A stretch of 61,358 nucleotides of DNA, counting the filler, from Sanchytrium tribonematis (lineage: Eukaryota): NCBI GenBank assembly GCA_018985235.1. It is 13 parts of 13 records of this genome, joined end to end, with 100 filler letters (N's around TTAATTAATTAA, not from the genome) between each part and the next. Parts side by side here need not be neighbours in the genome. Positions count along the whole stretch, not along the records: positions 41,798 to 44,988 come from JADGIG010000898.1; positions 45,089 to 48,276 come from JADGIG010000899.1; positions 48,377 to 51,559 come from JADGIG010000901.1; positions 51,660 to 54,835 come from JADGIG010000902.1; 9 more parts are not named here. The stretch is one strand, 5' to 3'. Made by a program: the position numbers and the translations under genes. The number at the start of each line of letters is the position of its first letter. Position 1 is the stretch's first letter. The notes beneath the pieces were generated by a model. It worked only from the letters and a program-made list of their open reading frames with translations. It searched no databases and was not told the origin of the DNA. This document shows, one piece after another, positions 43,254-54,935 of this stretch.

Positions 43254-44780
43254 ATGTTGTTCCTCCTACTAGCTGCTTTTAAAAGCATTCAAAATGAAAA
43301 ACAATACAGCTCAGACTGGTACAATAACTACTTATAAAATGGATGACGAAGAATTTCAAGATCACATGCGTATTCCAATAGCTGCATTCAATTACATTTT
43401 AAATGCAATAAAATCGAACCGGACGCTACAAATAGACGCAAAAAAAAGCATTATGTATCTTTATTTGTCATATTGCGACGGGAGAAAATTATAGACCACT
43501 TGGGCAGCAATTTGGTTAACTCGTGGTTTTTTTTGCAAAAATGTGCTAAAAATGTGCTAAAAATGGCAAATTTGATCCAAAGCAAGTCGGCATTTGAAAT
43601 TAGTGTAGATCTTAGCCAGTCAGCAGTCATTTAGACTCAGACATGTTGTTCATAACGTGGTTGCTGCCATGGATGGCACATTCATCAAAATTAGCCAACC
43701 AGTCAAATTCGGGGAAAGATACTGGAATGGATACAACAAAGGATTTGGCGTCAATGTCTTGACTTTAACAGCCGTTTCCTTTTCATAAATGCAGGATTTT
43801 CTAGCACTGTAAATGATAGCAGCATCTTTAAAAGCACTAATTTGTACGAAGCAACTTAAAAATGATCAAACAGTATTTAATATTGATAACATAATTTTAG
43901 TAGATAGCTCATTTGAACAAAAACCATATTTTTTAAAAACGGGTCGGCGGTTCAGCCAGTAGCGTGGTAGAGCAAACAGTTGGCCAATTTAAAGGCAAAT
44001 TTTGTCTTTTTTACAAACAAATAGAAGCAGATATAAAACATGTACCATTGGGCCTGTACGCATCCCAATCCAGATCAAATTTCCCCTTGTTTGGGCTCGA
44101 AACATGACGGATTGAAACAAGTTGTACGAGTTTCAAACTAAGATTGAATCGGAAACAAAGGGTCTGATCCGGAGATTGCAATTAATAAATTTTCAATTTC
44201 AATCTCGATTGCACTAAAACAACATGGGGAACAACAAATTTACTGAAGCAGAAATTGTAACATTTTGCACTGTAATGCGTGATTTCTCTGTAGATAACAC
44301 CGTAGATGTAACAGATCCTATGTGGAGATCTAGTGAAGAGAATTGGGATAAAATTTATGATCTATTAGTAGAGGCAGATGCCAATTGGGACTGGGTGGGC
44401 AAGCAATTAAAAGTAAAATGGAAGAATTTATTAACTGACTTTGGTAAAGTTAAAAAACAGAATGCAACAACTGGTGAGACCCGTAGAACAATGCCCGTAA
44501 TGGCAATTTTAAAAGAATTAATCCCCTGTGACTCCTTTAGTAACAATTAACGCAGTAGATTCTGTATCAACACCTGTATCTTCTGCAGCGGACTTTGCTC
44601 CTAAACCTAAGAAGAAATTGGACAGCTATTTTAAACACGTTGAGTCCAGGAGTCAAGTCAGAAAAGGAATTAGAAATTGAAAAGCAAAAGAATAAGGTGG
44701 AATTGTTCAAGTCATTTACTGGTAGATCATCCAAAGAGGTAAAAGAGATGTTAGATATCTATAAAAGTTTTGAAATGTAA
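43254..44780 (+). mobile_element. Degenerate PIF/Harbinger transposon: DDE transposase (~43254-44050) plus Myb/SANT-like gene (44224-44780)
   Basis: VVAAMDGTFIKISQP, VNDSSIF, ILVDSSF, VEQTVGQFK; WDKI...QLKVKWKNL Myb/SANT helices; many stops and frameshifts; no TIRs found. Confidence 0.8.
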
Positions 44781-45088
44781 TAAATTAAATTTCATTTTCT
44801 AGTCCTTTATCAATTAGAAAGTTATGAACAATACATGCTGACATAACCACCCATTTAATCTTTTCTGTGTCTTCACGAATTCGAGATTGAAAATACAAGA
44901 ATCTGTTTGTTAAAATACCAAAAATACACTCAATGCAAGTCCTTCCTGATTCAATGCTAAATTCTCTATACTCATGTAAAAATCTTCGNNNNNNNNNNNN
45001 NNNNNNNNNNNNNNNNNNNNNNNNNNNNNNNNTTAATTAATTAANNNNNNNNNNNNNNNNNNNNNNNNNNNNNNNNNNNNNNNNNNNN

Positions 45089-45302
45089 AAAGACAAAAAC
45101 GGTTACAAAAGTGCCACTTGATATTCCTGACTCTAAAATTGATGATGGTGATGTATGGACTACTGTAAATGAAATTCAGTATAATAAGCATGGTAAACGA
45201 GTATTTTACTATATGCGTGCAAATTGTGCCTCAAATATGCCATTTAAACCATCTACAGACAATGCAAAGAAAATGGCTGCGTGCATCGATTCTTATAAAT
45301 AA
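45089..45302 (+). CDS. Family B secreted protein copy 1, 5'-partial
   Basis: KVPLDIPDS...YNKHGKRVFYYMRANC...CIDSYK. Confidence 0.85.
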
Positions 45303-45463
45303 ATCACCATATGAAAACTATGCTCAATTTCCTTTGTAAATCTTGAATTAATGATTGACCATTCAAATTATTGGCAAGCTTTAATTTAAAAAACTTGCAA
45401 AATAAACTGATTGGTGCAATTTTGAGAATCAACTCTATTTAAACTCAAGGACTCCAATGTATT

Positions 45464-45856
45464 ATGTTGTTTCTTTCACTCGTGTTATCCACTGAAGTTT
45501 CTGTTTGTTGGAGTTGGGCATATTATTATTACACCCATAATCAATTGGCTTATGCTGATTATTATGGATGGATTTCCAATTGTTGTGTTTATGGTACGCA
45601 ACCATCTCATTTACTTGGTGGAATTTACAAGAAATCAACCAAAAAAGTGAAAAAAGTTACAAAAGTACCTCTCAATATTCCAGATTCTAGAGTAGATGAT
45701 AGTGATAATTGGGTATCTGTCAATGAAATCACATACAATAAGCATGGTAAGCGAGTATTTTATTATATGCGTGCTAATTGTGCGGCTCAATTGCCATTGC
45801 AACCAACGAGTGATGCTGCTTCTAAAATGACAGCCTGTCTTGACTCTTACCAGTAA
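45464..45856 (+). CDS. Family B copy 2
   Basis: MLFLSLVLS; CWSWAYYYY, WISNCCVYGTQP, IPDS, YMRANC, CLDSY. Confidence 0.88.
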   Translation: MLFLSLVLSTEVSVCWSWAYYYYTHNQLAYADYYGWISNCCVYGTQPSHLLGGIYKKSTKKVKKVTKVPLNIPDSRVDDSDNWVSVNEITYNKHGKRVFYYMRANCAAQLPLQPTSDAASKMTACLDSYQ

Positions 45857-46023
45857 ATATGAAATGAATTTTACCATTTAGCTCAAAAATCCTTGGGTCT
45901 CTTGTTGTACCAATCTGGTATAAGCAAGAATTAATTTGCAAACAGGAAAGCAAAACAATCCTTTATTTGATTGGTACCATTTCCAGTCACGAATCTACTT
46001 AAACCCCACCCACTTTTATTGAT

Positions 46024-46419
46024 ATGTTGCTCATCCAAGTTGTTTTATCTACAGCTGTCAGTGTTTGTTGGAAATGGGGGTATTATTATTTGAATAAAGG
46101 CTGGTTAAATTCATCCACGTATTACCCATGGATTGCAGATTGTTGTGTATTTGGATCACAACCAAATAGTTGGATAGATGGTACCAAAACAAGCAACGGT
46201 AAAAAACACCATGTAAAACCCAAAACAATTCCACTCCAAATTCCTGATTCTACAATCAGAGACACGGATTTGGCTGTATTATCATCCGGGATTGAATACA
46301 ATATACATGACAAACGAGTTTTCAAATATATGCGTGTTGCATGTATCCAACAAGTAGGAGACGCGCGTCCTAAAAATGTGGATGACTATTACAATAATTG
46401 TATTGATAGTTATACATGA
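46024..46419 (+). CDS. Family B copy 3
   Basis: Same motif set; leader MLLIQVVLS. Confidence 0.88.
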   Translation: MLLIQVVLSTAVSVCWKWGYYYLNKGWLNSSTYYPWIADCCVFGSQPNSWIDGTKTSNGKKHHVKPKTIPLQIPDSTIRDTDLAVLSSGIEYNIHDKRVFKYMRVACIQQVGDARPKNVDDYYNNCIDSYT

Positions 46420-46610
46420 ATAAAAATGTATGAATTGTGATCTTTGACTTGGGTTGCTTACTCTGCTTGCTAAATTGATTTTCAATACCACTCAAATTCA
46501 TTCAATTTAACAAAATGAAACTTGCACCAATTGATTCACTGCTAAATTTTACAAGCCATTTCGACAAGTATATTGAGATCTATTTAAGCGTGTCTGTCCC
46601 ATCCATTTAA

Positions 46611-47159
46611 ATGTTGTTCATTCAAATGATTCATTCTGCCACAGTTGCAACTTGTTGGGCGTGGGCGTATTATTATTACTACCACGGCAAATTATCAGCA
46701 GCCAATTATTATACCTGGATTGCAGATTGTTGTGTGTATGGCACACAGCCAGATCATTGGGAAGACGGTGTAGATGGCGGAGATGACAAGGGAAATAAAC
46801 ACCCACCTACCAAATTCACTAAAATCCCATTGGATATTCCAGATTCAGCTGTTTATGATGATGGCAATATTATTTCTGTTCAGACTCAAGAGTACAATTC
46901 ACATAATGTTCGAATTTATAAATATATGCGAGTAGATTGTTTGACTGCAGTCGCTCATACCAACTCAACGGATGTAGAAGGGGATTATTCACATTGTATC
47001 AATAGTTATAAGCCAGATAAACCTAGTGCAAAAGATAAAAATGATCATAAAGGGGGTAAAAAGGGAGACAAGAAGGGTGGCAAGAAAGACGGTGCGAAAA
47101 AAGGAAGCAAAAAGAATAACAAGTGGAAAAAAGCAGGCAATAAAAAGGGAAACAATTAG
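46611..47159 (+). CDS. Family B copy 4, with Lys/Gly-rich tail
   Basis: Same motifs plus KGGKKGDKKGGKK tail. Confidence 0.88.
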   Translation: MLFIQMIHSATVATCWAWAYYYYYHGKLSAANYYTWIADCCVYGTQPDHWEDGVDGGDDKGNKHPPTKFTKIPLDIPDSAVYDDGNIISVQTQEYNSHNVRIYKYMRVDCLTAVAHTNSTDVEGDYSHCINSYKPDKPSAKDKNDHKGGKKGDKKGGKKDGAKKGSKKNNKWKKAGNKKGNN

Positions 47160-47395
47160 TAAATATGATTTGAAATTGTAAAACTCTGCCATTTCCAATT
47201 ATTTCCTAATGAAATAATTACCTTGGGGGTATTGCCATTCCCACTTTGTTGTTTAGCCATGACAATTTTACACGATTTTATATTACAAAGTTTCATTTGC
47301 AATCCATTTGATTGGCCTTGCACCAACAAAATACGTGCTAATTAAATGAAATTGCGCTAATAAAATCTATTTAAACTTGATCCTCCCCACTACTT

Positions 47396-47797
47396 ATGTT
47401 GTTTATTCAATTTGTACTCTCTGCTTCTGTAAATGTGTGTTGGACTTGGGCTTATTACTATTACCAAAAAGGTCAATTAACTTCTGATAATTATTATAGT
47501 TGGATTGCCAATTGTTGTGTTTATGGGACTCAACCATCGACTTATAGCAATGGCAGGTATGTGAGAACGAATAGTTTATCATTTTATCCATTAAGGCCTT
47601 CTAAAATTCCATTAAATATTCCGGATACCAAAGTAGATGATGGAGACCCAATTGTATCTGTGAATGAAATTAAATACAATAAGAATAACAAGCGTATTTA
47701 CAAGTATATGCGAGAGAATTGTGCGGCTAAATTGCCAAAGAAACCAGATAGTAATAATGAAAGACGGTTGACAAAATGTTTGGATTCTTACGAATAA
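47396..47797 (+). CDS. Family B copy 5
   Basis: Same motifs; leader MLFIQFVLS. Confidence 0.88.
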   Translation: MLFIQFVLSASVNVCWTWAYYYYQKGQLTSDNYYSWIANCCVYGTQPSTYSNGRYVRTNSLSFYPLRPSKIPLNIPDTKVDDGDPIVSVNEIKYNKNNKRIYKYMRENCAAKLPKKPDSNNERRLTKCLDSYE

Positions 47798-48104
47798 ATA
47801 TGAGTTTAATTTCAACTTTTTTGCACGGATTAAATCTTATACTTTGTCAATTCTGACTCAGAATTTTTGAGAGACTCTTTCAAGTCTTTTTCAACCAACA
47901 AATTAAAGTTTACACTCAAATTTGGTTTATCGATGAGTAAAAACAAGAATATATATAATAATGATTAAAGGACCAAGTTTCATAGCGTGAATTATTAGTA
48001 ATTTCGAAACATGTTACAATAATTTATGAGGAATATGAAATTGGTAAAGTATTAATTTTTGTTCAAACTATTCTCAGTGGTCACGCCAATTATTGCTAAT
48101 GACT

Positions 48105-48276
48105 CTATTGCCTTGGTAACTTTGCCATTCCAACTTTGTGTTCTTGCCCAACATGTTTACACGTATCTATATTACAAAGTTTCACCTGCAAACAATTTGA
48201 TTGGTCTTGCACCAACAAAACACGTGCTAATGAAATACAAACAAGCTAATGAAATCTATTTAAAACTCCATCTCCT
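48105..48276 (+). promoter_or_regulatory. Duplicated promoter, implying a sixth family B copy beyond the contig end
   Basis: Homologous to ~47215-47390 (TATTACAAAGTTTCA, TTTGATTGG, CACCAACAAAA, TCTATTTAAA). Confidence 0.75.
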
Positions 48277-48376
48277 NNNNNNNNNNNNNNNNNNNNNNNN
48301 NNNNNNNNNNNNNNNNNNNNTTAATTAATTAANNNNNNNNNNNNNNNNNNNNNNNNNNNNNNNNNNNNNNNNNNNN

Positions 48377-49850
48377 ACCATTTCAGGAGTATTTTACAAC
48401 AAAATATCTATTTTATGCAGTGGTCCTGCAATTGATTCTATTCAACTCATCGGTTTGAATATTAATGGAACTATAATTAATGGTACTTTACCCTCAAAAG
48501 CTAGATCCCTTCAAATTTCATACAATTCAAAATTGGCATGTAATTTCCCAAGTGGAAATTTCCTGAATGTAGTGAATTTAGATTTGAGCCATAATGCGTT
48601 ATATGGTGATATTTTATCCATGTCTCCCAAGTTCACATCCGCCAATGTAGAATATAACCAATTAAGTGGCACATTACCCCAATTTTCTACAGCTCTACAA
48701 ACTTTGATTTTGAATAACAATCAATTTACCGGAGATTTTAAATTGTATAGTGCTACCCGGTTATCTGTGTTTGAAGCCAATAACAACCTTTTAAGTGGTT
48801 CTGTAAATAATATCACAGATTCATTAACTACTTTTTGTGTAGATGGTAATTTATTAACTGGCAATATTGACAATATCCCAAATCAAATCGTTTATTATTC
48901 AGCCAGTCATAATCAATTATCTGGTAAATTAACAGCCAATTGGCCATTCACATTAACCACTTTGAATTTAAATGGAAATCAATTTAATGGAACATTTCCA
49001 ATCAGTTTAATGCGACAAGTGCAATCATTAATGATTCAAAATAATCAATTTAGTGGGTGTTTGAATAATACATTTGCGTGTTTTAATTGTCAATTAAATG
49101 ATAATCAGTTTCAAGGGTCTGTTGTGTTTCAAAAACCAAGTAATTTGACATTACAGAATAATTTTATCACCAATGTAACAATTGTGGATAAATCTAGTTT
49201 ATTAAATTGTCAATTAGATAATAATCCAATGTTGGGTACCATTGGGGGTAAAACATTTGCAAATTCATGTTCTATTAATGGAATATTTATGGATACAGGA
49301 TATCATTGTGGGAAAGCATATACGCGATTGTATAATACAATAACAAGTGAGAGTACTTCTAGTACGACAACAGCGAAAAAGACTAGTTTAAGTGCAATAG
49401 AGACAACAATAAACACCAATCTACCAAGCAGATCATTGGATACAACAGAAAGTCGTCTAGAAACCTTGACAACTAGCAATTTAGAGTCACAAGAAATAAT
49501 TGCAGAGTCAATTACAGATGTATTTACAATTCAAACACGTTGTTCTTAATAATTTAGGACCCATTTTTGTTAGTAAATTGACTAAAACAGTCGATAATCA
49601 AGTATCACGTAGCACATTGTATCAAAAAGTAATTTCAAACACTGTTTCATTAAAATTGAAAACAGATTTTACATCTACAAGCAGTATTGAGAAATGGAAT
49701 GGTTCAATCAACGAGTTCAAATTGAAATATGAGACCAGTCAAGTTGCTAGATTGGGATTCAGCTTAATATTTATTGGGTTTATACTGGCGAAAATGCCAT
49801 TGAAAAAGACATTGAAGAAGAATCATAGAAGTGAAAGTATGGAACAATAA
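48377..49850 (+). CDS. Extracellular LRR protein with S/T-rich stalk and C-terminal TM; 5'-partial, frameshift near 49535
   Basis: LxxNxLSGxLP repeats; Thr/Ser stalk; RLGFSLIFIGFILAKMP anchor. Confidence 0.8.
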
Positions 49851-49935
49851 ATAGATGGATGTGATCAATTGGACAATGAGTATGTCTCTCGATTCAATTC
49901 AACTGCTTAAATTACCCACTTTACCCATCTTCTTG

Positions 49936-51559
49936 ATGCTACTGACGCTGCTGCTCAATTTCTCAGTATCAATAGACTGTCCAATAGTCTTGAAACTAGC
50001 TACGCAGATGCATTTTAAGCAGAAGTTCCCGACAACCTACCAGCAACTGGAGAAAGACTGCTGTTTGGATTCTGGAATAGTTTGTCAAGATGGACGCGTT
50101 ACACAGATGCGATGGACAGATTCTACCGGGTATTATTCTCCAGAGCCCACAATTAAAGAGCCAAACACGACCATTTACTCATTTCCTTCGAGTCTTGAAG
50201 TTTTGGATATGGACCAGTTTTTTGGGGGCACTATCAACGAATTGCCAGTGAATATGACATATTTAAGATTGGTTACATCTTATGTCACGTTGAATGTGAG
50301 TGCAATGTCTCAGAAATTGACATATGCATATTTGGATTTTGTAAACTGCATTCAAGACGCAATTTGGGGGGACAGTCTTTCTACAGTTGATATAGAATCA
50401 TCCAATATGATAGACTTTCCAAAGCTACCTGCTTCGGTAAAAGATTTGAAAATGTGGAGGAATAGATTTACAAAAAAGACATCAAAATACCTGATTGGCC
50501 TGTAGCTCTAAATAGGCTTACTTTGGTTGGTTGTTATTTTACGAGCGTGTCTCCAGAATTACCAGATAATCTGAGCTATCTTGAAATCAGAGAAACAAAC
50601 CTTGGTGGTGATTTAATTTTGAAAAATGTTATAAGCGTTTTTCTACGATACACTAATTTCGCAAATATATATGCTTGGACTATACCGCTTGGGTGTACTA
50701 TTGTAAATCATCCGAGTTTGAACATGTCGAGTGTAGCGAATATGACTACTTCGAATTGTTACATCAGTCAACCTAAAACAGCGCCAAAAGATTGTGCCCA
50801 AATTGTCAAAATGGCCGAATTATTACATATTCCAACTGCTTCACCTGGTGAATTTGAACTACTGAAAGCAAATTGTTGCGAATTCAGATATTTTACTTGT
50901 ACCGGAAATCATGTTGTTGGCGTTTGCTTGGCTGAATTGAGTCTATATGGTACTTTAGATGTATCTTTGCTTCCAGCTACTGTTACGTTATTTGAAATAT
51001 TTGGAAATCACGTTAACAAAGTCATTGGGCAATTTCAAACTACCAATTTGCAGCAAATGTACATGGATTATAATGAGATAAGTGGACCCTTATTTGAAAT
51101 TCCCTCAACTTTGACTACCTTATTTATTGGTAAAAACTTCTTAAATGGGACCATAGACTTGTCAAATGCGAGAAATTTGAAACTTTTGGGAATTGGAGAT
51201 AATTATTTTGAAGGTGCCTTGAATATCAGTGGATTGAGTCTATCATTACTTCAATATTGAAATCGGATATGACTATTACTACCTAAATGGTACATTTGGC
51301 CCACTTGGATTGCCTCCTCATCCACACAGTTTATGGTAATTTCCCACAAATCCCCTTGAATATGACTCAGATTACAATTAGCAATTGCTTTATGGGTGGA
51401 GATCTGCCTGTGTTTCCACCTACTTTGAGCGTATTGTCGTTAAATAGAGCAATGTGGGCTATTACCAATGTTTATTTGACGGGTAATTTGACTTTGAATG
51501 CGCCATCCATTGTCCAGATTGCCAGTAATCAAATTACAAGTGTGAATATAAATGATGCA
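49936..51559 (+). pseudogene. Multi-module LRR protein with DC...CC...C caps, several frameshifts, 3'-partial
   Basis: Leader MLLTLLLNFS; caps DCPIVLKLA...DCC and DCAQIVKMA...NCC; frames break at ~50475, ~51243 and ~51320. Confidence 0.75.
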
Positions 51560-51659
51560 NNNNNNNNNNNNNNNNNNNNNNNNNNNNNNNNNNNNNNNNN
51601 NNNTTAATTAATTAANNNNNNNNNNNNNNNNNNNNNNNNNNNNNNNNNNNNNNNNNNNN

Positions 51660-52378
51660 TCACCCCGATAAATTACCAAATCATCCATTCCCCTATTCAA
51701 TTCGACCAAAAAATCAACAATGCACACAACCATGACCAAAATACTAGTACATATACACCAACTTTGTAATAGAAATCCTCCCAAATAATTACAAATGAAA
51801 ATAAAGGAAGCAGATATTAAAATCATTGGAAATGTCACAAATGCAATATTTTTTAGTGTTTTTTGCTTTTTATTGTTGCGATATAATGGATTCTTATTAA
51901 TCATTTTATAAATATGGTATCCCACATATCCTGTTAAATTAGAGCATAAAATATCGGTCACGTATATGCCAAAATTTGCAATAAAATCCCAATATGGATT
52001 TAAATATAATAATCTCATATTTAATGTGGTACATGATAAAATGACTAGACCTACAAAGTAAATACGAATGATATAATGTAAACATGTGTAATTTCTGAGA
52101 ATGGCATAACTAGACGTGATGACTAGCTGTGAATCAAGTGCAATAAAGAATAATATTGTGTATATCCAATGATTTGATGATTTTAATGCGCTAATGGCAT
52201 AAAATAGCGCGATTAAAAGCGTCATTGAAAATAATGACATATTAAAGCGTGTAGGGCCACAGACGTAGATACAAACCAGTATAATGAGGGTTGAATGCAT
52301 AGATAACATGCTTGAAAAGGATTGATTGAATGAAATGAGAAATTGTTGAGTATTGGACCAATTTAAAACACTAGACAT
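51660..52378 (-). CDS. Multi-pass (about 7 TM) membrane protein, 3'-partial
   Basis: Successive hydrophobic helices; basic loop NNKKQKTLK. Confidence 0.6.
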
Positions 52379-52673
52379 TCAAGTGGCTTGTCGGGCCATT
52401 ATTTGTGGGCTATCATTAATAATTTGATTAAAATAGACTCTTAATCAACTTTTATGATGGCGGCACGATGCCAACATGTGCAAATCTCCGATCTTTGCAA
52501 TATTGTGATCAAACGTATAGTCATCTCCCCAATCAGACGATGAAAAAATACACTCCCTGAGTCGTGATTGATCATGACGATCCAATCAGGAGGTATCATT
52601 TGCCCATTTTACCAGACACATGCGCTCTAAATGTTATATAATGAGTCATTTGCATTCTTAATTGAAACTTGAA

Positions 52674-53000
52674 ATGTTAGACTTGCCATTCCATGATAGA
52701 AATAACAGAGAGATTAGAACACCACGCCCATTCAGGATGATTGAAGTAAAGGATTATGATGAATACGTTGAATTGCAACAGAGCTATGAGCAATTATGCT
52801 GTTTAATGATAGATGAGCATCCTAGTAAAATTGATGAATTGGAATTGCAAGAAATGCAGGAAATGGAAAAGTCCTTGATTGAATTTACCAAGGAGAATGC
52901 GAGTTTATATCCAGAATTGTCGATGAGTGATCTCTATGAGATGATTGAGTATTACAAAAACACAATATTGCGTATTTTGACTGAGAATCAACCAATATAG
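52674..53000 (+). CDS. Hypothetical acidic helical protein
   Basis: 108-aa ORF with upstream CCAATCA and TATATAA. Confidence 0.55.
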   Translation: MLDLPFHDRNNREIRTPRPFRMIEVKDYDEYVELQQSYEQLCCLMIDEHPSKIDELELQEMQEMEKSLIEFTKENASLYPELSMSDLYEMIEYYKNTILRILTENQPI

Positions 53001-53001
53001 T

Positions 53002-53879
53002 TTATTCCATATTTTCCAATAAATAATTGGCAGCTAATTCCTCATTTCGATCACAAGCTAAATACGCCTCAATACAGGCTTCTCTACTGAATCCTAAATT
53101 CATTAATGACTGTATTTTTTGACCATCCTCTTGACTTAATTCAATTTGCACTTCTAAATGAAATAAAAAGGACCTCGAGGTTCTCCCTGATTTTGCATTT
53201 GTTGCAAATATTGCATGATTTGTTGACCCATTTGAGGATTAGCAGCCATTAATTGCTGTAATACTTCTGGATTTGACTGAATTAATCCTAATAATTGCTC
53301 CATTTGAGTTTGTTCATTGGCATCCAAACTGATTTCATTCATTTCTGGTTGTTCTTGCACTTCTTGTGGAGGTGGCAATGGGTTCAATTGTTCTACTTCA
53401 CCTTGTGACTCTAATTGACCACTTAATAAATACTCAATGGCTCTATCTGGATGATTAAATGCTTTTCGCATGGCTTTTTGAATATCTTGCTCATTAAATC
53501 CCATTTCTTTCATTTCTTTGGTGGCTTTCTGCAATGCATCACCAGATAATACATTCGTATTTGTAGTTGGTGTATCTGGGTGTTTTTTGGTTGGAGAATT
53601 GGGTTCTGAATTAATTGGGGATTTTGGTGTTTTTGAGACTGGTTTTGGCTGTGCTTGTGGGGCAGATTTAGATTGGCTGATCATATAGACAATATGATGC
53701 TCTGGTTGATATAAATCACTCATTAATTGAGAATCCTCTAAAATTTTACCTTGATAAATACATTTGATTTGTTCTGGAGCACATTTCTCGTGTTCACTTA
53801 AATAAGTTTTGATCTCGCTAACAGATTTCGCAGTGCATTTGGTTGTTACGTTTTTCAGATTTTTGAGCGTGACCTCCAT
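53002..53879 (-). CDS. RAD23: UV excision repair protein Rad23 (UBL-UBA-STI1-UBA); exons 53879-53174 and 53153-53002
   Basis: [12 protein letters not shown]...[12 protein letters not shown]1 EMGF...[12 protein letters not shown]; spliced UBA2 [30 protein letters not shown]. Confidence 0.95.
53154..53173 (-). other. 20-nt spliceosomal intron GTCCTTTTTATTTCATTTAG (phase 1)
   Basis: Removal restores the frame into UBA2 (CGA G|AA GTG); spliced CDS is 858 nt. Confidence 0.85.
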
Positions 53880-53926
53880 GTGTTGCAAAAAATTGCGAAT
53901 TTCGAATTTTGCCAACTTGTTTTAAA

Positions 53927-54835
53927 ATGGGCTCCGATTTTGATTACTCTGATTTACAAAAACAAACATTAAAATTCATTCATAAACACCATCCCAGTAA
54001 TTTCAAGCCAGCAGTAGATGTCTTTAAATCATTCAAAGATTATTTATTAAGCCATAAAATCACTTTAACCAGTTTATTGCATCTTAGACAAGTCTGTTAT
54101 CAATTATTAGTGTATTTAATATGTAAACCATTTCCACATCGGTCCTATATGAATGTTTTCAATTATTTTTCAAAAGTATCTTCATTTAAACGCATTTCTG
54201 AGAAGGATTTGCAATTTTATACTTCTAAATCCAGTCAAAGAAGGAATGGAGAGACTGTTATTGATAAAGCAATGCGATTAGAAATGGAAATGAAATGCAA
54301 TCAACTAGAATTGAAAGAAAATATCATTGAAACTAAAGCAACCCAAGTAGGCACCAAAGAGCCCATAAAGGTAGCATCAAATGAAACTCCAAAAATCACT
54401 TGTGAATTACTACAAATGAAATACACTGAGCAGAATCAAAACCAAGAGATGGGAGACTCAAGAATGAACATTAACAATTTGATAGAAGCAATAGAAGTCG
54501 AAAATGATGAAAACGAGCCTAAAAATGGAACTAATGGTAATTTGGAAATTGAGATGCCTCAGGATATGGAAATTGAGAAACAAGAAACGCCGTCAGAGGG
54601 ATCTGAGTCTAATATACAGGTGTTAAGAAATAGAGTTATTTCTAGTGAATCTGATGAAATGTCTACAGAATCAAAAGCATCCGGAATGACTGAGAAAAGT
54701 TCAATTTCTTCTCAATCATCTTCTATTCATTTTTCAAACACACAGCAAGATTCAATTGATTATTTGTCAAAAGTAAAAGAGATTGTCAAAGATTTATTAT
54801 CCAAATACCCACACAGATCCATGACCATTCAAAAA
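53927..54835 (+). CDS. Hypothetical protein, 3'-partial
   Basis: Open frame of over 300 codons with acidic low-complexity middle. Confidence 0.65.
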
Positions 54836-54935
54836 NNNNNNNNNNNNNNNNNNNNNNNNNNNNNNNNNNNNNNNNNNNNTTAATTAATTAANNNNNNNNN
54901 NNNNNNNNNNNNNNNNNNNNNNNNNNNNNNNNNNN

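Noticed and set aside
43941..43990. tRNA-like A-box text AGCGTGGTAGAGCA
   Set aside because: No cloverleaf or T-arm; lies within the Harbinger transposase VEQTVG motif
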